Source: a virus (lineage: Duplodnaviria > Caudoviricetes). From it: 64,000 nt of DNA. A program made the translations under genes and the position numbers. The stretch is from positions 24,412 to 88,411 of IMG/VR virus record IMGVR_UViG_3300017778_007091. One strand, given 5' to 3'. Of the stretch, positions 25,192 through 34,999 are shown one piece after another. A model generated the notes under the pieces. It was not told the DNA's origin. It did not search any database and saw only the letters and a program-made list of their open reading frames with translations. Position 1 is the first letter of the stretch. Each line of letters opens with the position of its first letter.

Positions 25192-26421
25192 TTAGAAGTC
25201 GAGCCTAACTCTAATGGTCAGATCTTTCTCATCACTTTTCTCGACTGCACGTGAGATCTTAGCAACTGCAAGTAAGTCTCCGGCTGCATTGTAGAGACCG
25301 ACTGATGTGATGAATGAGAATGTTCGCTGAGTCGTCTCCTCGCCCTCATCTATGACAACAATTCTTCCATTCTCGTCTGTGAATGTTGGATTTGTAGAGT
25401 AGTTAAATTCGTCTGCTGTTGCTCGACAGAAGACGAGTGAAGAATTAATGTTGGTGATATTCTGGAATGTAATACTAGTTTCAGATCCAGTTCCAAAACG
25501 TGTTAGGCCAAAGTGGTCAACAATATCGTCAATTGATCCTGAAACAAAGAAGTCCGGAATAAATTTTGCATTGACATTTGAGCTAGGGAAGCTTGTTCTT
25601 CCTACAATAGTTTTATTGTTAAGCACAGGAGATGTGCTTCCTGTTACTGCACTAATTGTGCCTGATGCAAGTTGTGTACCCGAGATTATCTTTTTAACGT
25701 CAAGTACGGCAATACCTGCATCATAGAACAATAGACCGACTTTATTGTTAGTATTTGTTGTGCTAACAATGTTGCCGACAGATCCACCGTAAGCAACTTC
25801 AACAGCTGATGCGGCACCTACGTCAGAATAGATCGTTTTACCGAGTGTCGATTGTGTATTGATATTAGGAATTGCCGCTGTTGTCGAAGCTGAAGCATAC
25901 ATCTGAATTGCAAAAGTTTCTTTCTTGATCTGATCTCTAAAGAACAACCTGTTAAACGACAAGAACAGCGCCTCATCAATGTAATCTGTTGCACCAGGCG
26001 TTGTGAAAGGTGAACTAAATTGAAGATCAGCATCACCTAGAAGCTTCGAAGCAAACTCTCTGTAATTTGCGATCTTCTCTCTCATCATGAGTGACGTAGA
26101 TGGAAATAACATCTTTCCTAATGAGTCATAACCTGAAAGCGAACCTGTGACTGTGTCACTTCCGCTAAAGATGCCGACAGTCATTCCAAGGACAGGATTC
26201 GCTGTTGCCAGAGTGTAGTCCTGGTCATAGGCAGTCTGGAACAGACCACCGGTGACTGCATAAACTGTCCCAATAGCGTCGGCGCTTGATGTGACAAAGA
26301 CCTGGTACTTTCTACGATTTTGAGAACCGCTCATCATATTCTCTAGGACGTCGATGAGTTGGTTTAAGTAGGATGTGCTCGTCTTAATATCAGACGGATC
26401 TAGCGTTTTAAAATATGCCAT
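25192..26421 (-). CDS. Tail/baseplate structural protein (tail-collar-like C-terminus)
   Basis: C-terminal FITSVGLYNAAGDLLAVAKISRAVEK...RVRLDF resembles the EhGL.D..G.LhA strand of tail-collar domains. Confidence 0.6.
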   Translation of the reverse strand: MAYFKTLDPSDIKTSTSYLNQLIDVLENMMSGSQNRRKYQVFVTSSADAIGTVYAVTGGLFQTAYDQDYTLATANPVLGMTVGIFSGSDTVTGSLSGYDSLGKMLFPSTSLMMREKIANYREFASKLLGDADLQFSSPFTTPGATDYIDEALFLSFNRLFFRDQIKKETFAIQMYASASTTAAIPNINTQSTLGKTIYSDVGAASAVEVAYGGSVGNIVSTTNTNNKVGLLFYDAGIAVLDVKKIISGTQLASGTISAVTGSTSPVLNNKTIVGRTSFPSSNVNAKFIPDFFVSGSIDDIVDHFGLTRFGTGSETSITFQNITNINSSLVFCRATADEFNYSTNPTFTDENGRIVVIDEGEETTQRTFSFITSVGLYNAAGDLLAVAKISRAVEKSDEKDLTIRVRLDF

Positions 26422-26436
26422 TTTTGAATTCCTATG

Positions 26437-27129
26437 TTAGGACTTAATGCGAATCTCAACGTCTTTTACGATTCCTGAATTTCTTCCGACAATTCTCATG
26501 TAGGTCCTGATATAGGCGCCAGATGAGAAGGCTGAGTATGTGTCGTATGTCGAAGTTGGAATTGAAAGAGCACGAAGTGTAAATGTTGCTGTTGGTGACC
26601 CTGAGGCTATTTCGTATCTTGCTGTGTTCAATGTAGGATTATTTGCAAGAGATTCGCTATTCACAGGTGTCTGGTTATTGATTGCCAAGAACAGGCGATT
26701 CAAGAAAACAACGTAGACGTTGTCCGTGATCTCACTAGGAATCTGTGCAGATCCTTCTTGAATTTGTTGGGAAAGGTTGACTGTCGTTGTCGACTGCCTA
26801 GACAATGTGATTATGTTTGACGTACTAGACGCGCCTGCATTGACATTTAAAACCGGCATGTAGACTTGATTTGGATTTGAAATCGAGACTAGATTGCTTT
26901 GGATGGCTAGATTTGAATTTCTCATTGCCTCAAAGATTGGAGTATTTTTCTCAATTTTTTCTCTGCCGACTGTCTGCCCGTAAAGCGGGATGAGTCCGTA
27001 GTCAATCTCATCGTCACCGAGAGAGAAACTATAGATCGAAAAGTCGCCACGAGCGAGGTATTGAGAACCCACTGTAGTTATAACAGCATCAACTTCAATG
27101 TTTGTTGTATCTTGTCTTAGAATACCCAT
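26437..27129 (-). CDS. Tail/baseplate protein (tail-collar-like N-terminus)
   Basis: VDAVITTVGSQYLARGDFSI..FSLGDDEIDY; paralogous to 34026..34979; ATAATTA motif at 27148-27154. Confidence 0.55.
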   Translation of the reverse strand: MGILRQDTTNIEVDAVITTVGSQYLARGDFSIYSFSLGDDEIDYGLIPLYGQTVGREKIEKNTPIFEAMRNSNLAIQSNLVSISNPNQVYMPVLNVNAGASSTSNIITLSRQSTTTVNLSQQIQEGSAQIPSEITDNVYVVFLNRLFLAINNQTPVNSESLANNPTLNTARYEIASGSPTATFTLRALSIPTSTYDTYSAFSSGAYIRTYMRIVGRNSGIVKDVEIRIKS

Positions 27130-27177
27130 TTTCGTAATCCTACTTTTTAATTATCTGCAACTAAAGTTCACGTTAAA

Positions 27178-28980
27178 TCAGACAATTTGTGTATAAATTT
27201 TGCCTTGTGACGCCGGAATAGCTCTCACAATCTTGTTATTTGTCATACTAATATCTATCATTTGGTCTTGTGCAAGCGTGGTCTCTAAAATGTGTATTTT
27301 GTATGAAGGCGCCGATGGATTGTAATAGATCAAATTTTGACTTTTGCCAACATTGTCAGTCACATCTGTGTAATCAGGATTGAAATAAACAGACATTTTT
27401 GTGTGGTTTGAGTCTTTTATTAAGTCTGGAAAGAAATCTTCAAGAAGAGTCAAATTTGGATATGGCTTAGGCGCTCCAGGTCTACAAACAGGTGTTACCT
27501 TTAAAACTTCAGTCAAGAGATTAACGCTAACTTCGAGTTGTGCAGAGTAATTTGAGCTCAGGCCTCTTGCATCAACTGCGACGATCGAGTAAATGTATTT
27601 TGAATTGAGATCATACTGCCTGTCTATGAAAAATGTTGAAGGATATCGTTTTTTGAATATTCGCTCTTTTGGAATTCGTTCATTTGAAACAAACGGCTCA
27701 AATGAGTCATCAAAGTCAAGTTCTGCCAGTATTTCAAATGGTTGTCGAACTGACTTTCTTCTAAAGATTTGAAATTTTTTGATGTCTCTTTGCTTGTTTA
27801 AAGGAAATCTCCAACCAATGAAAAGAGACCCGTCATTTTCAAACTTAAAGTAGACATCTTCGGGAGGCTGGGGCGGAACATTTTCAACACAGTCAACATC
27901 GACATTAGAGCCTGCTGTTGCAAATAGCATATCAACTTGGGCTATGCCTACACCTCGACCCTTTACATCTTGTGCCGAGACAAAGACTCTTACATTGTAG
28001 ACAGCCCGAACTTGATACGAATAGACACCGCCGTATCTCACTCCTGGATCTAAAATGAAGTTTTTGCCTGTCTCAAAGATAATGTCATCATAAATTTTAA
28101 GAGTCCCGTCTACCTGTTGGGAGAATTTTTGTGCGACAAATCCAACGAGCTGAAATTGAGGTGGAGGCAAAGATTCAAATGAATCTGAATCCAGTATAAC
28201 TACGTTGTTGTTGGGGATCGTGTAATCATATGAATCGGCCAAAATCCTAAACGGAGTCGCACTTTGTCTTGCCGTCTCTTGAATCTTATCGGCACTATTA
28301 AGAATTGCTGCAAACTCATCTGCAAAAATTGTTTTTTGATCCTTGACAACCTGATTAGAAATGTCTGAGATAAACAGATTATTTAAGCTAACACTTGTCC
28401 AAAATGCTCGGACATCTCTTAAAAACTGAGATTTGACTTCTTCTCTGACGTCAGATCTTGCGTATCTCACACCTGCCGACTGAATATTGCCTAATGAGTT
28501 AAAGATCAAGGACTTTGGATTTGAGACCGTAGGTGTTGAAGGAGCAGGGGGTGTGTAGATATAACCAGGAGGTTCAGGAATTTCACTGAAACTGAGTGAT
28601 GCTGAAGTTATTTGGTAACATCGACTATCAACAAGCGTATCGGCGACTTCTATTGCAGAAAAATTACAATTGAAAGGAGCATTCTCATAGATTATTTTTT
28701 CACCTCGATTCAGTCTTTGCTTGAATGGAGCAAGGCCTTGAATTTGATTTGTTGGACTCGAAGCATTAAAATCAATTTTCACATAACGAGGTACTTGATT
28801 TATTCTCGAAGCGTAGTAAGCTTGATCTGTGACACCATCAACAGGGAATGTTGAGAATCGCTCATTAACTCGCTCATCAGGAGTAAAGAAATTGTAGACA
28901 AACCTTGCATCAATAACCTCGGCATTCTTAAGACCTGCTGCAATTGCAGGCAATGACGTAAAAGTAAAATTACTTGACAT
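27178..28980 (-). CDS. Virion structural protein with FN3-like domain(s)
   Basis: PPQPPEDVYF..LFIGWRFP..IKKFQIFRR..YIYSIVAVDARGLSSNYS is a fibronectin type III signature; a second Y.YQVRAV motif lies upstream. Confidence 0.6.
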   Translation of the reverse strand: MSSNFTFTSLPAIAAGLKNAEVIDARFVYNFFTPDERVNERFSTFPVDGVTDQAYYASRINQVPRYVKIDFNASSPTNQIQGLAPFKQRLNRGEKIIYENAPFNCNFSAIEVADTLVDSRCYQITSASLSFSEIPEPPGYIYTPPAPSTPTVSNPKSLIFNSLGNIQSAGVRYARSDVREEVKSQFLRDVRAFWTSVSLNNLFISDISNQVVKDQKTIFADEFAAILNSADKIQETARQSATPFRILADSYDYTIPNNNVVILDSDSFESLPPPQFQLVGFVAQKFSQQVDGTLKIYDDIIFETGKNFILDPGVRYGGVYSYQVRAVYNVRVFVSAQDVKGRGVGIAQVDMLFATAGSNVDVDCVENVPPQPPEDVYFKFENDGSLFIGWRFPLNKQRDIKKFQIFRRKSVRQPFEILAELDFDDSFEPFVSNERIPKERIFKKRYPSTFFIDRQYDLNSKYIYSIVAVDARGLSSNYSAQLEVSVNLLTEVLKVTPVCRPGAPKPYPNLTLLEDFFPDLIKDSNHTKMSVYFNPDYTDVTDNVGKSQNLIYYNPSAPSYKIHILETTLAQDQMIDISMTNNKIVRAIPASQGKIYTQIV

Positions 28981-29006
28981 TCTTTACGCTCTCTTTACTC
29001 ATAATG

Positions 29007-32000
29007 TTACCTATTTGTAAATCTTGTTGAAACGTTGATCAATATGTCAACTATATAGTTGTCTCTTCCATGTTTAAGAAGAGATGCATCGACAGGAATT
29101 GCTACAACTTTGTCAAAAACACAACCTCCCAATGCCTGTGTTATCAAGTCGCTTTGTGAAAATCTTAGGCTGTTTTTACCCGTTGAAACATATCTTGACT
29201 CAACAAGTTCGCCAAACCGATATGAATAAATTTCTTCTGTAAGTTTTAATCTGGCATCCAAAATTTTCTGGTCTGTGATGTCTGGAAGCACAACTTGTTG
29301 TGTAATTCTTGGATCAAGTGTAAGTCCATAAAATAACTGCATGTAATTTAAAAGAGTCGTTGACTGTAGCTCATTTTTCTTAGCTTGTTCTTCGATCACG
29401 ACGCTGTTAGACAGACCAAACCCGCTTGTGCTAAAAACAAACTCACTGACCTTTGTCGCATTTAAAACTTGCTGATATGACGTATTAGTGATGTCACTAA
29501 ATTCCTGGACCTGGTGTTCAATAAATGCTGTTGCAGGATATGACTTAACAATTGTGACATTTTGACTCTCATCTCCACCGACTGTTTTGAATAAGATGGA
29601 AATGTCTAGGTAAGTTGTCTTGTCTCTGCGATATGCACCTAACCTGTCTAATAAGCCGTATGGAATTCCACAGACAACGACAAAACTATCTTCGACTATT
29701 GAAACTTCTGGATCATCTTGAATGTATCTAAAAAACCCATTAAGCGTGTTTGTATTTTTATACTGGTCTTTAGAAAAGTTCGGGTACGTAGGATCAGAAT
29801 TGAATGCAAAACTTACCTGTCTATTTAAATTCAAAATCGAGTTTGATGTGTAGTGATTTAATAGATTCTCACCAAACACAGGCACATACTCGTATGCCCT
29901 TGTTGCAGCATCATTAAGCAATGTCGAAGCTTGGCCTAGAAATTGTGTGATAAAATTGATGCCATCAGCACAAGACTGTGAATCTTGTAGGATGTCTTTC
30001 GCAATAGGCTGCACGTATTGGATATAAAAAGCAAACTGGTCAGCAGTAAGTTCACCTGTAAGTGTCAAGGATAAAGCTTTCTTTAAGCCGTCGTAATAGC
30101 TAGGTGAATAAAAGTAATCTGCAACAACGTAAGTAGCTGTTATTGATCTATCATTGTCAAATATTATGCCTTCTTCTACGTATGTGCGTGTCGTTGTTTC
30201 CAGGTAAATGTTCATCTTAAATGGGAAATTATCTATTATTGATAACCATTTATTAAAAAATAAGAACGCTCTCTTATCTCTTGAAAGTCGAAGTAAAGTT
30301 GTTGTTATTCCAGTCGATGCATTTAATGTGCTTTGTCCGCTAGACCATGCAATGCTATTAAAATTACTTGAATTTGATTCAGCATTTTTTGCTGCACTAA
30401 AGAAGTTATCCCACTGGTGATCACTTGTGTCTAAAAGATCCTCAAATAGTTTGTTCTGGAAATTCTCGGCATTACCCAGACCTGCTGTTTTTCCTAAAGC
30501 AACAGGAATGTTATTCGCAGTTGAAGTTTTTCCTAGATTTTCTTGAGCTTTTTCTACGATATCTTGTTGAGCTGGATTCTCTTGAAGATACGTAGGCATA
30601 ATATCGGATGAAAGTTTATTGATCGCTGTTTCTAGTTCTGATCTAGCTGATGAAAGAAATGCACTTCTTTGCGTTGACGAAACATAGTCATTTGAATTCC
30701 TAATACGATCTCTTAACATCATTATTCTAAAGATCTTTTTTCTTATTGACGTGCTATTCAAGCTTGACAACAACAACGCAAATCTTAGCATACTTGTAGG
30801 GCTGTTATTCGTATAAAATGATGTCTGCATCATTGAATACATTTGTGAGATATAAGCTTGATATGCAGCTAAATCTTGACCAGGAGCAAGTAGAACATTC
30901 TGGAGTCCTGCGTCAAATGAAGTTTTTGATGTTCTAGCATCGACTGCGAATTTATCTCGCCTGATTAATAGATTGGGCTTGCTATTAGCAAGAGGTAAGC
31001 CTAGAAAATATTCGTCTGCCGATTCAAATACTTGAAGCGCTGCCTGTGTTCCAATGTTAACGTCAACAGGTAAAACAACTTTGCCAGTATCATCATATCG
31101 TGTTAAGCTTGAGAGACTACCTATGCTAGTTTCGCCTGTAAGGTCAAGGCCTGCAGTAAAAAGAGAAAGCTTTCCCAGTAAATTTGCAACTGCAGGCAAA
31201 GGATCAATATTTCGAAGCGTATAGGCAACTGCCTTGCAATCAGACTTAATCAAGATGTCTGTATTTTCATCGTTTAAGTCAAGTATGCTTGAATCACTAG
31301 CACTGGATAGATCACCAAAATAAGATGTGACTGCCGTATTGAATGTGTTGATATTGAGCGGATTCACATAAAGTGGATTTTCTAGAGATCCAGAAGTTGT
31401 GAATGCATTTCCATAGAACTTCCTTGCAAAAGAATTTCTTGCAACTTGAGCCAAAGTTGTTATATTGTAGCTTTCACTAAAAAATCTGCTAGGAATCTTG
31501 AGATATGTCTCGATCCAATCTTTCTTGTTTTCAAAAGATGTGATCTTAATTGTCGGAATCGCGCCGGGGACAGGACCCGAACCGTATGAGTTATTAATAT
31601 TAGCGCTAGTTTCAAGACCAAATATGTCTGCAAGATGTGTCATGTAAGCAGATTTTGCACCATAAGCGGCAGTTATCTTGATTGCAGCGTCATTTAACGA
31701 TGTTAGCTGGTCCTTACTGTCTAACGCAAGATTTTCTTGTGTCGTCAATATCGAAGTGACGTAATTAATAATTTCATTGACATTACTGGTAGCAATTGTG
31801 TCCAGATTTCGCTGGATATTAAGAATGTCAGCTTCTGCGTTATTTGTCTGTGTTAGCTTAGTAAAGGGTATGACAGCTATGTTGATAGGCGTTGAGGAAC
31901 AAACACCTTTGTCTTTTAGATTGGTGTCGTACGATGTCTGAACAACACTGAAGAAGTCGTCTGATGTTCCTGTATCTTGAATACCTGCTGCTCTTGCGAC

Positions 32001-32078
32001 ACTTGAGACAAGATCTCTCGATCTTACAGCAGACTCTATCGTCTGTGATGTAGGTTTGATGTAAGGTCTTCCTATCAT
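29007..32078 (-). CDS. Large hypothetical virion protein (1023 aa)
   Basis: Long ORF within the baseplate/tail block; no recognisable motif. Confidence 0.6.
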   Translation of the reverse strand: MIGRPYIKPTSQTIESAVRSRDLVSSVARAAGIQDTGTSDDFFSVVQTSYDTNLKDKGVCSSTPINIAVIPFTKLTQTNNAEADILNIQRNLDTIATSNVNEIINYVTSILTTQENLALDSKDQLTSLNDAAIKITAAYGAKSAYMTHLADIFGLETSANINNSYGSGPVPGAIPTIKITSFENKKDWIETYLKIPSRFFSESYNITTLAQVARNSFARKFYGNAFTTSGSLENPLYVNPLNINTFNTAVTSYFGDLSSASDSSILDLNDENTDILIKSDCKAVAYTLRNIDPLPAVANLLGKLSLFTAGLDLTGETSIGSLSSLTRYDDTGKVVLPVDVNIGTQAALQVFESADEYFLGLPLANSKPNLLIRRDKFAVDARTSKTSFDAGLQNVLLAPGQDLAAYQAYISQMYSMMQTSFYTNNSPTSMLRFALLLSSLNSTSIRKKIFRIMMLRDRIRNSNDYVSSTQRSAFLSSARSELETAINKLSSDIMPTYLQENPAQQDIVEKAQENLGKTSTANNIPVALGKTAGLGNAENFQNKLFEDLLDTSDHQWDNFFSAAKNAESNSSNFNSIAWSSGQSTLNASTGITTTLLRLSRDKRAFLFFNKWLSIIDNFPFKMNIYLETTTRTYVEEGIIFDNDRSITATYVVADYFYSPSYYDGLKKALSLTLTGELTADQFAFYIQYVQPIAKDILQDSQSCADGINFITQFLGQASTLLNDAATRAYEYVPVFGENLLNHYTSNSILNLNRQVSFAFNSDPTYPNFSKDQYKNTNTLNGFFRYIQDDPEVSIVEDSFVVVCGIPYGLLDRLGAYRRDKTTYLDISILFKTVGGDESQNVTIVKSYPATAFIEHQVQEFSDITNTSYQQVLNATKVSEFVFSTSGFGLSNSVVIEEQAKKNELQSTTLLNYMQLFYGLTLDPRITQQVVLPDITDQKILDARLKLTEEIYSYRFGELVESRYVSTGKNSLRFSQSDLITQALGGCVFDKVVAIPVDASLLKHGRDNYIVDILINVSTRFTNR

Positions 32079-34021
32079 ACGTCGGCCTCGATTGATACTT
32101 TATTCTCACCTTTTGTCTCAGCAGTGACTATGACTTTCTTCACGCTTAAACCAATTACAATAGAAAAATTGGCTCTATTTAAGTCGACAATTGAGTTAGA
32201 AATCATTTTAATATTGTTTGAATCACTAGCATCATAAATAGAAAAATTGACAACATCATCTAGATTTGTTGCTGACCATGAAATAATCTTGTCATCAATT
32301 CGGGTTTTAACGCTTAGAAACTGCATTTTAGGTGTGCTGTATGTAGGAGTTGCTAAAATAGTCTTAAATTTTCCAGTTCTGCCACTCTCAATTCCTGCTT
32401 GTGAGCTCGATAGTGACTTACCATATTTAAGAGTTCCAAAATACAACGCATTCCTGTTAAAGAATTTCTGTGTGAAGTTTTGCTTTTTTGCAAATGCTGT
32501 CAAGCCTAATGCTTTTGCGGCAGTCATCGGATCACCTAACGCTCCTGCGCCGCCTGTGGTGTAAAAATCTCTTGATGATGCAATATCTTCAATAATCTCT
32601 GCCGCGGGCTTAATAACAACTTCAAAAATAAAGACACAATTGACATCTTCTACGTAATTGACTTTGATCACACCTGTCTTAAACAGGCCTATGGCTTCTT
32701 CAACGCATGTTATTAGATTGATCTTACTCACAAGAATGCCAACAAGCGGATCTAATTGTGTTGAAAGATTTTTGATCTCATTTGGAAAGATGTTGTCTAT
32801 GTTCAGCGTCTTTAAATCATCTAATAACGATTGCGTTGAAGTCATTTTGTTATAATCAACTTGAACTTCAAATTTTCTTATTGACGATAAGTCACCTGGA
32901 TCTTGTTCTACTTCTGAAACTCTTAAATTAATAGTCGTGTCCAGCAAAATAGGATTTAGGATGTAAGATGCTGCTGCAGTTTTTGTTGTCCCGTCCTTGA
33001 ATTGAAGAGAAGCTTTGTACTCAAATGTGTCATATCTGGCCTTATCTGTGTCGGTCAGCGTTACACTTGTGTCTTGGATTGGTGACTGTGAAACTTGCTG
33101 GAAAGTCTTTTGAAGTTTAGTGACATTTCTTCGAAGCAACTTAATAAAGATCACACCCGACGGTATTGACACAATCTTAAATTTTGCAGTAGTTCCTGTG
33201 TGTTGTGTTGGATACAAGATACATTGATCGTTATAGATCAAATTTTCATTAAGCACAGTTGAAAGATACGCAGCGTTTGAGACGTTTTTATAAAATGAGA
33301 CAGGAGAAATTTTGATATTTTTCTTGAAGCCAATCGGGTTGAGAATGTCAAATCTTGCAACTCCGTCGTTGTCAACTACGGCTGATGACGTCTTTGTGTT
33401 GGTGACTTTAAATCCCACATTATCAACAGCATCATTTGTCTGAATTAGAAATTTTGTAATTCTCTTGTCTTTCGGCGTTATTGCAACTCTAGTTTTATTT
33501 CTAAAGACTGGTGCCGTTCCAATTGAAAAATCTGTCTTAGGCATTGCATATGTGATTGCAATCGGGTCGCTGTTAAAATTGATGACTTGACCAAAGATTG
33601 GAACGTTGCCGTTGATTTTTACTATCGAGGCAAAAAGATCCTGCGAGCCAGGATTCTTCATTTCAAAATCAACAAATCCTTTTTGAATATCCTGTTTCTG
33701 GATTGGAACCTTGACAAGTGTTTGTATCTTTTTCCTAAAGAGCTTAGCACGTGTCAGATCGTATTTGCTGATTGTTTGTGCGAAATTCTCGCTACTGTTA
33801 ATAGCGACATTCTTAAACATGTTTGGCCTGTTTTCGTAAGGTGAGTCTCTTGTGACTCTAATTTCGAAAACATCGCTTAGCGCAGCCTTTCTATCATTGA
33901 CAATAATATTTGCACGGTACTTGAAATAGTATGAACCATCACTTTTTCTGTGATCATAAATGACGAAAGGATCACTTGAAAAAGTGATCGGGCTTACCTT
34001 TTGTACTACTATCTTGGCCAT
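32075..34021 (-). CDS. Hypothetical virion protein (beta-sandwich-like)
   Basis: 648 aa; beta-rich pattern, TFEYKASLQF Ig/FN3-like strand; 4-nt overlap with the next gene. Confidence 0.55.
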   Translation of the reverse strand: MAKIVVQKVSPITFSSDPFVIYDHRKSDGSYYFKYRANIIVNDRKAALSDVFEIRVTRDSPYENRPNMFKNVAINSSENFAQTISKYDLTRAKLFRKKIQTLVKVPIQKQDIQKGFVDFEMKNPGSQDLFASIVKINGNVPIFGQVINFNSDPIAITYAMPKTDFSIGTAPVFRNKTRVAITPKDKRITKFLIQTNDAVDNVGFKVTNTKTSSAVVDNDGVARFDILNPIGFKKNIKISPVSFYKNVSNAAYLSTVLNENLIYNDQCILYPTQHTGTTAKFKIVSIPSGVIFIKLLRRNVTKLQKTFQQVSQSPIQDTSVTLTDTDKARYDTFEYKASLQFKDGTTKTAAASYILNPILLDTTINLRVSEVEQDPGDLSSIRKFEVQVDYNKMTSTQSLLDDLKTLNIDNIFPNEIKNLSTQLDPLVGILVSKINLITCVEEAIGLFKTGVIKVNYVEDVNCVFIFEVVIKPAAEIIEDIASSRDFYTTGGAGALGDPMTAAKALGLTAFAKKQNFTQKFFNRNALYFGTLKYGKSLSSSQAGIESGRTGKFKTILATPTYSTPKMQFLSVKTRIDDKIISWSATNLDDVVNFSIYDASDSNNIKMISNSIVDLNRANFSIVIGLSVKKVIVTAETKGENKVSIEADV

Positions 34022-34025
34022 CGAA

Positions 34026-34979
34026 TCACTCGATTACTAGTGTGAAGATATTGATAAAGTTTGTTGCGCCGTATGAATCAACAAAGTTTTTTCCCAAAAA
34101 GACGATACGTTTTGATACATTATTTTGATCACGATGGTCACCAAAGTCAACCATGTCAAGTTTTTTGAGATTTTCACCTATTTCAAAAGCCTGGATACAG
34201 ATATCATTAGTCTGTGAAGTGTTAGTAAATCTAACTTCTTCATTTGGGCAAACAGGTTGGTCAGGAACTCTTCCAACAAGATCATTCATGACATCTTTGT
34301 AGGTGTATTCTTCAACTTGCCTAACGTCTGTGTAATCGCCTAGAATGACATCACCGTCTTGCGTCTTTGCAATGGGCGGCATGAACATAAAGTTAACTGA
34401 GTTTGAGAATCGCTTGCTTGTAAAAACAGATGCTGCTTGATCGACTGTTGTGACAAGATCATCACCGACTATTGGTCCCCTATTGCCGTAATTGAATGTG
34501 ATTGAATTTGTTGAAATGTCAAAAGTCTCAGAGTCATCAATAGGATCTCGTGATGCAATGATCATTTGCTTTCTAAAGTTTTGTGTGGTATTTTTGATAA
34601 TACCGTTGGCAAGAGCAGCATATTCAGGAGTGTAGGCATTAGGCAAGATGCTACCATCTGCCGTAATATTTCCACCGACTGCATAAACTCGATTTTCCTG
34701 GCCATTATATGACACAGACGTTGCCGCAAATGGGATTACTGCACCATTGTCATCTTTCTCAATTGTTATTTGATCAAAAGCTAGAGAAGTTGCCTCAAAA
34801 TAAAGTCTATTGACAGCTTCATCAAAAGATCCTGAGACTGAAGATTTATCGTAGAATGTGCTATTGTCTGTAAATGAAGCATAAGCAACCTTAAGGTCAC
34901 CTGACCCTATTTGACGCTTTCCTTCTCGTGTAACAATCACGTCCATAATGCGTGATTTGTTGTCTAGTATTCCTGCCAT
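34026..34979 (-). CDS. Tail/baseplate protein, paralog of 26437..27129
   Basis: MAGILDNKSRIMDVIVTREGKRQIGSGDLKVAYASFTD versus MGILRQDTTNIEVDAVITTVGSQYLARGDFSIYSFSLGD; ATACTTA motif 5 nt upstream (34985-34991). Confidence 0.55.
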   Translation of the reverse strand: MAGILDNKSRIMDVIVTREGKRQIGSGDLKVAYASFTDNSTFYDKSSVSGSFDEAVNRLYFEATSLAFDQITIEKDDNGAVIPFAATSVSYNGQENRVYAVGGNITADGSILPNAYTPEYAALANGIIKNTTQNFRKQMIIASRDPIDDSETFDISTNSITFNYGNRGPIVGDDLVTTVDQAASVFTSKRFSNSVNFMFMPPIAKTQDGDVILGDYTDVRQVEEYTYKDVMNDLVGRVPDQPVCPNEEVRFTNTSQTNDICIQAFEIGENLKKLDMVDFGDHRDQNNVSKRIVFLGKNFVDSYGATNFINIFTLVIE

Positions 34980-34999
34980 GTCTATAAGTATTTTCCTTA

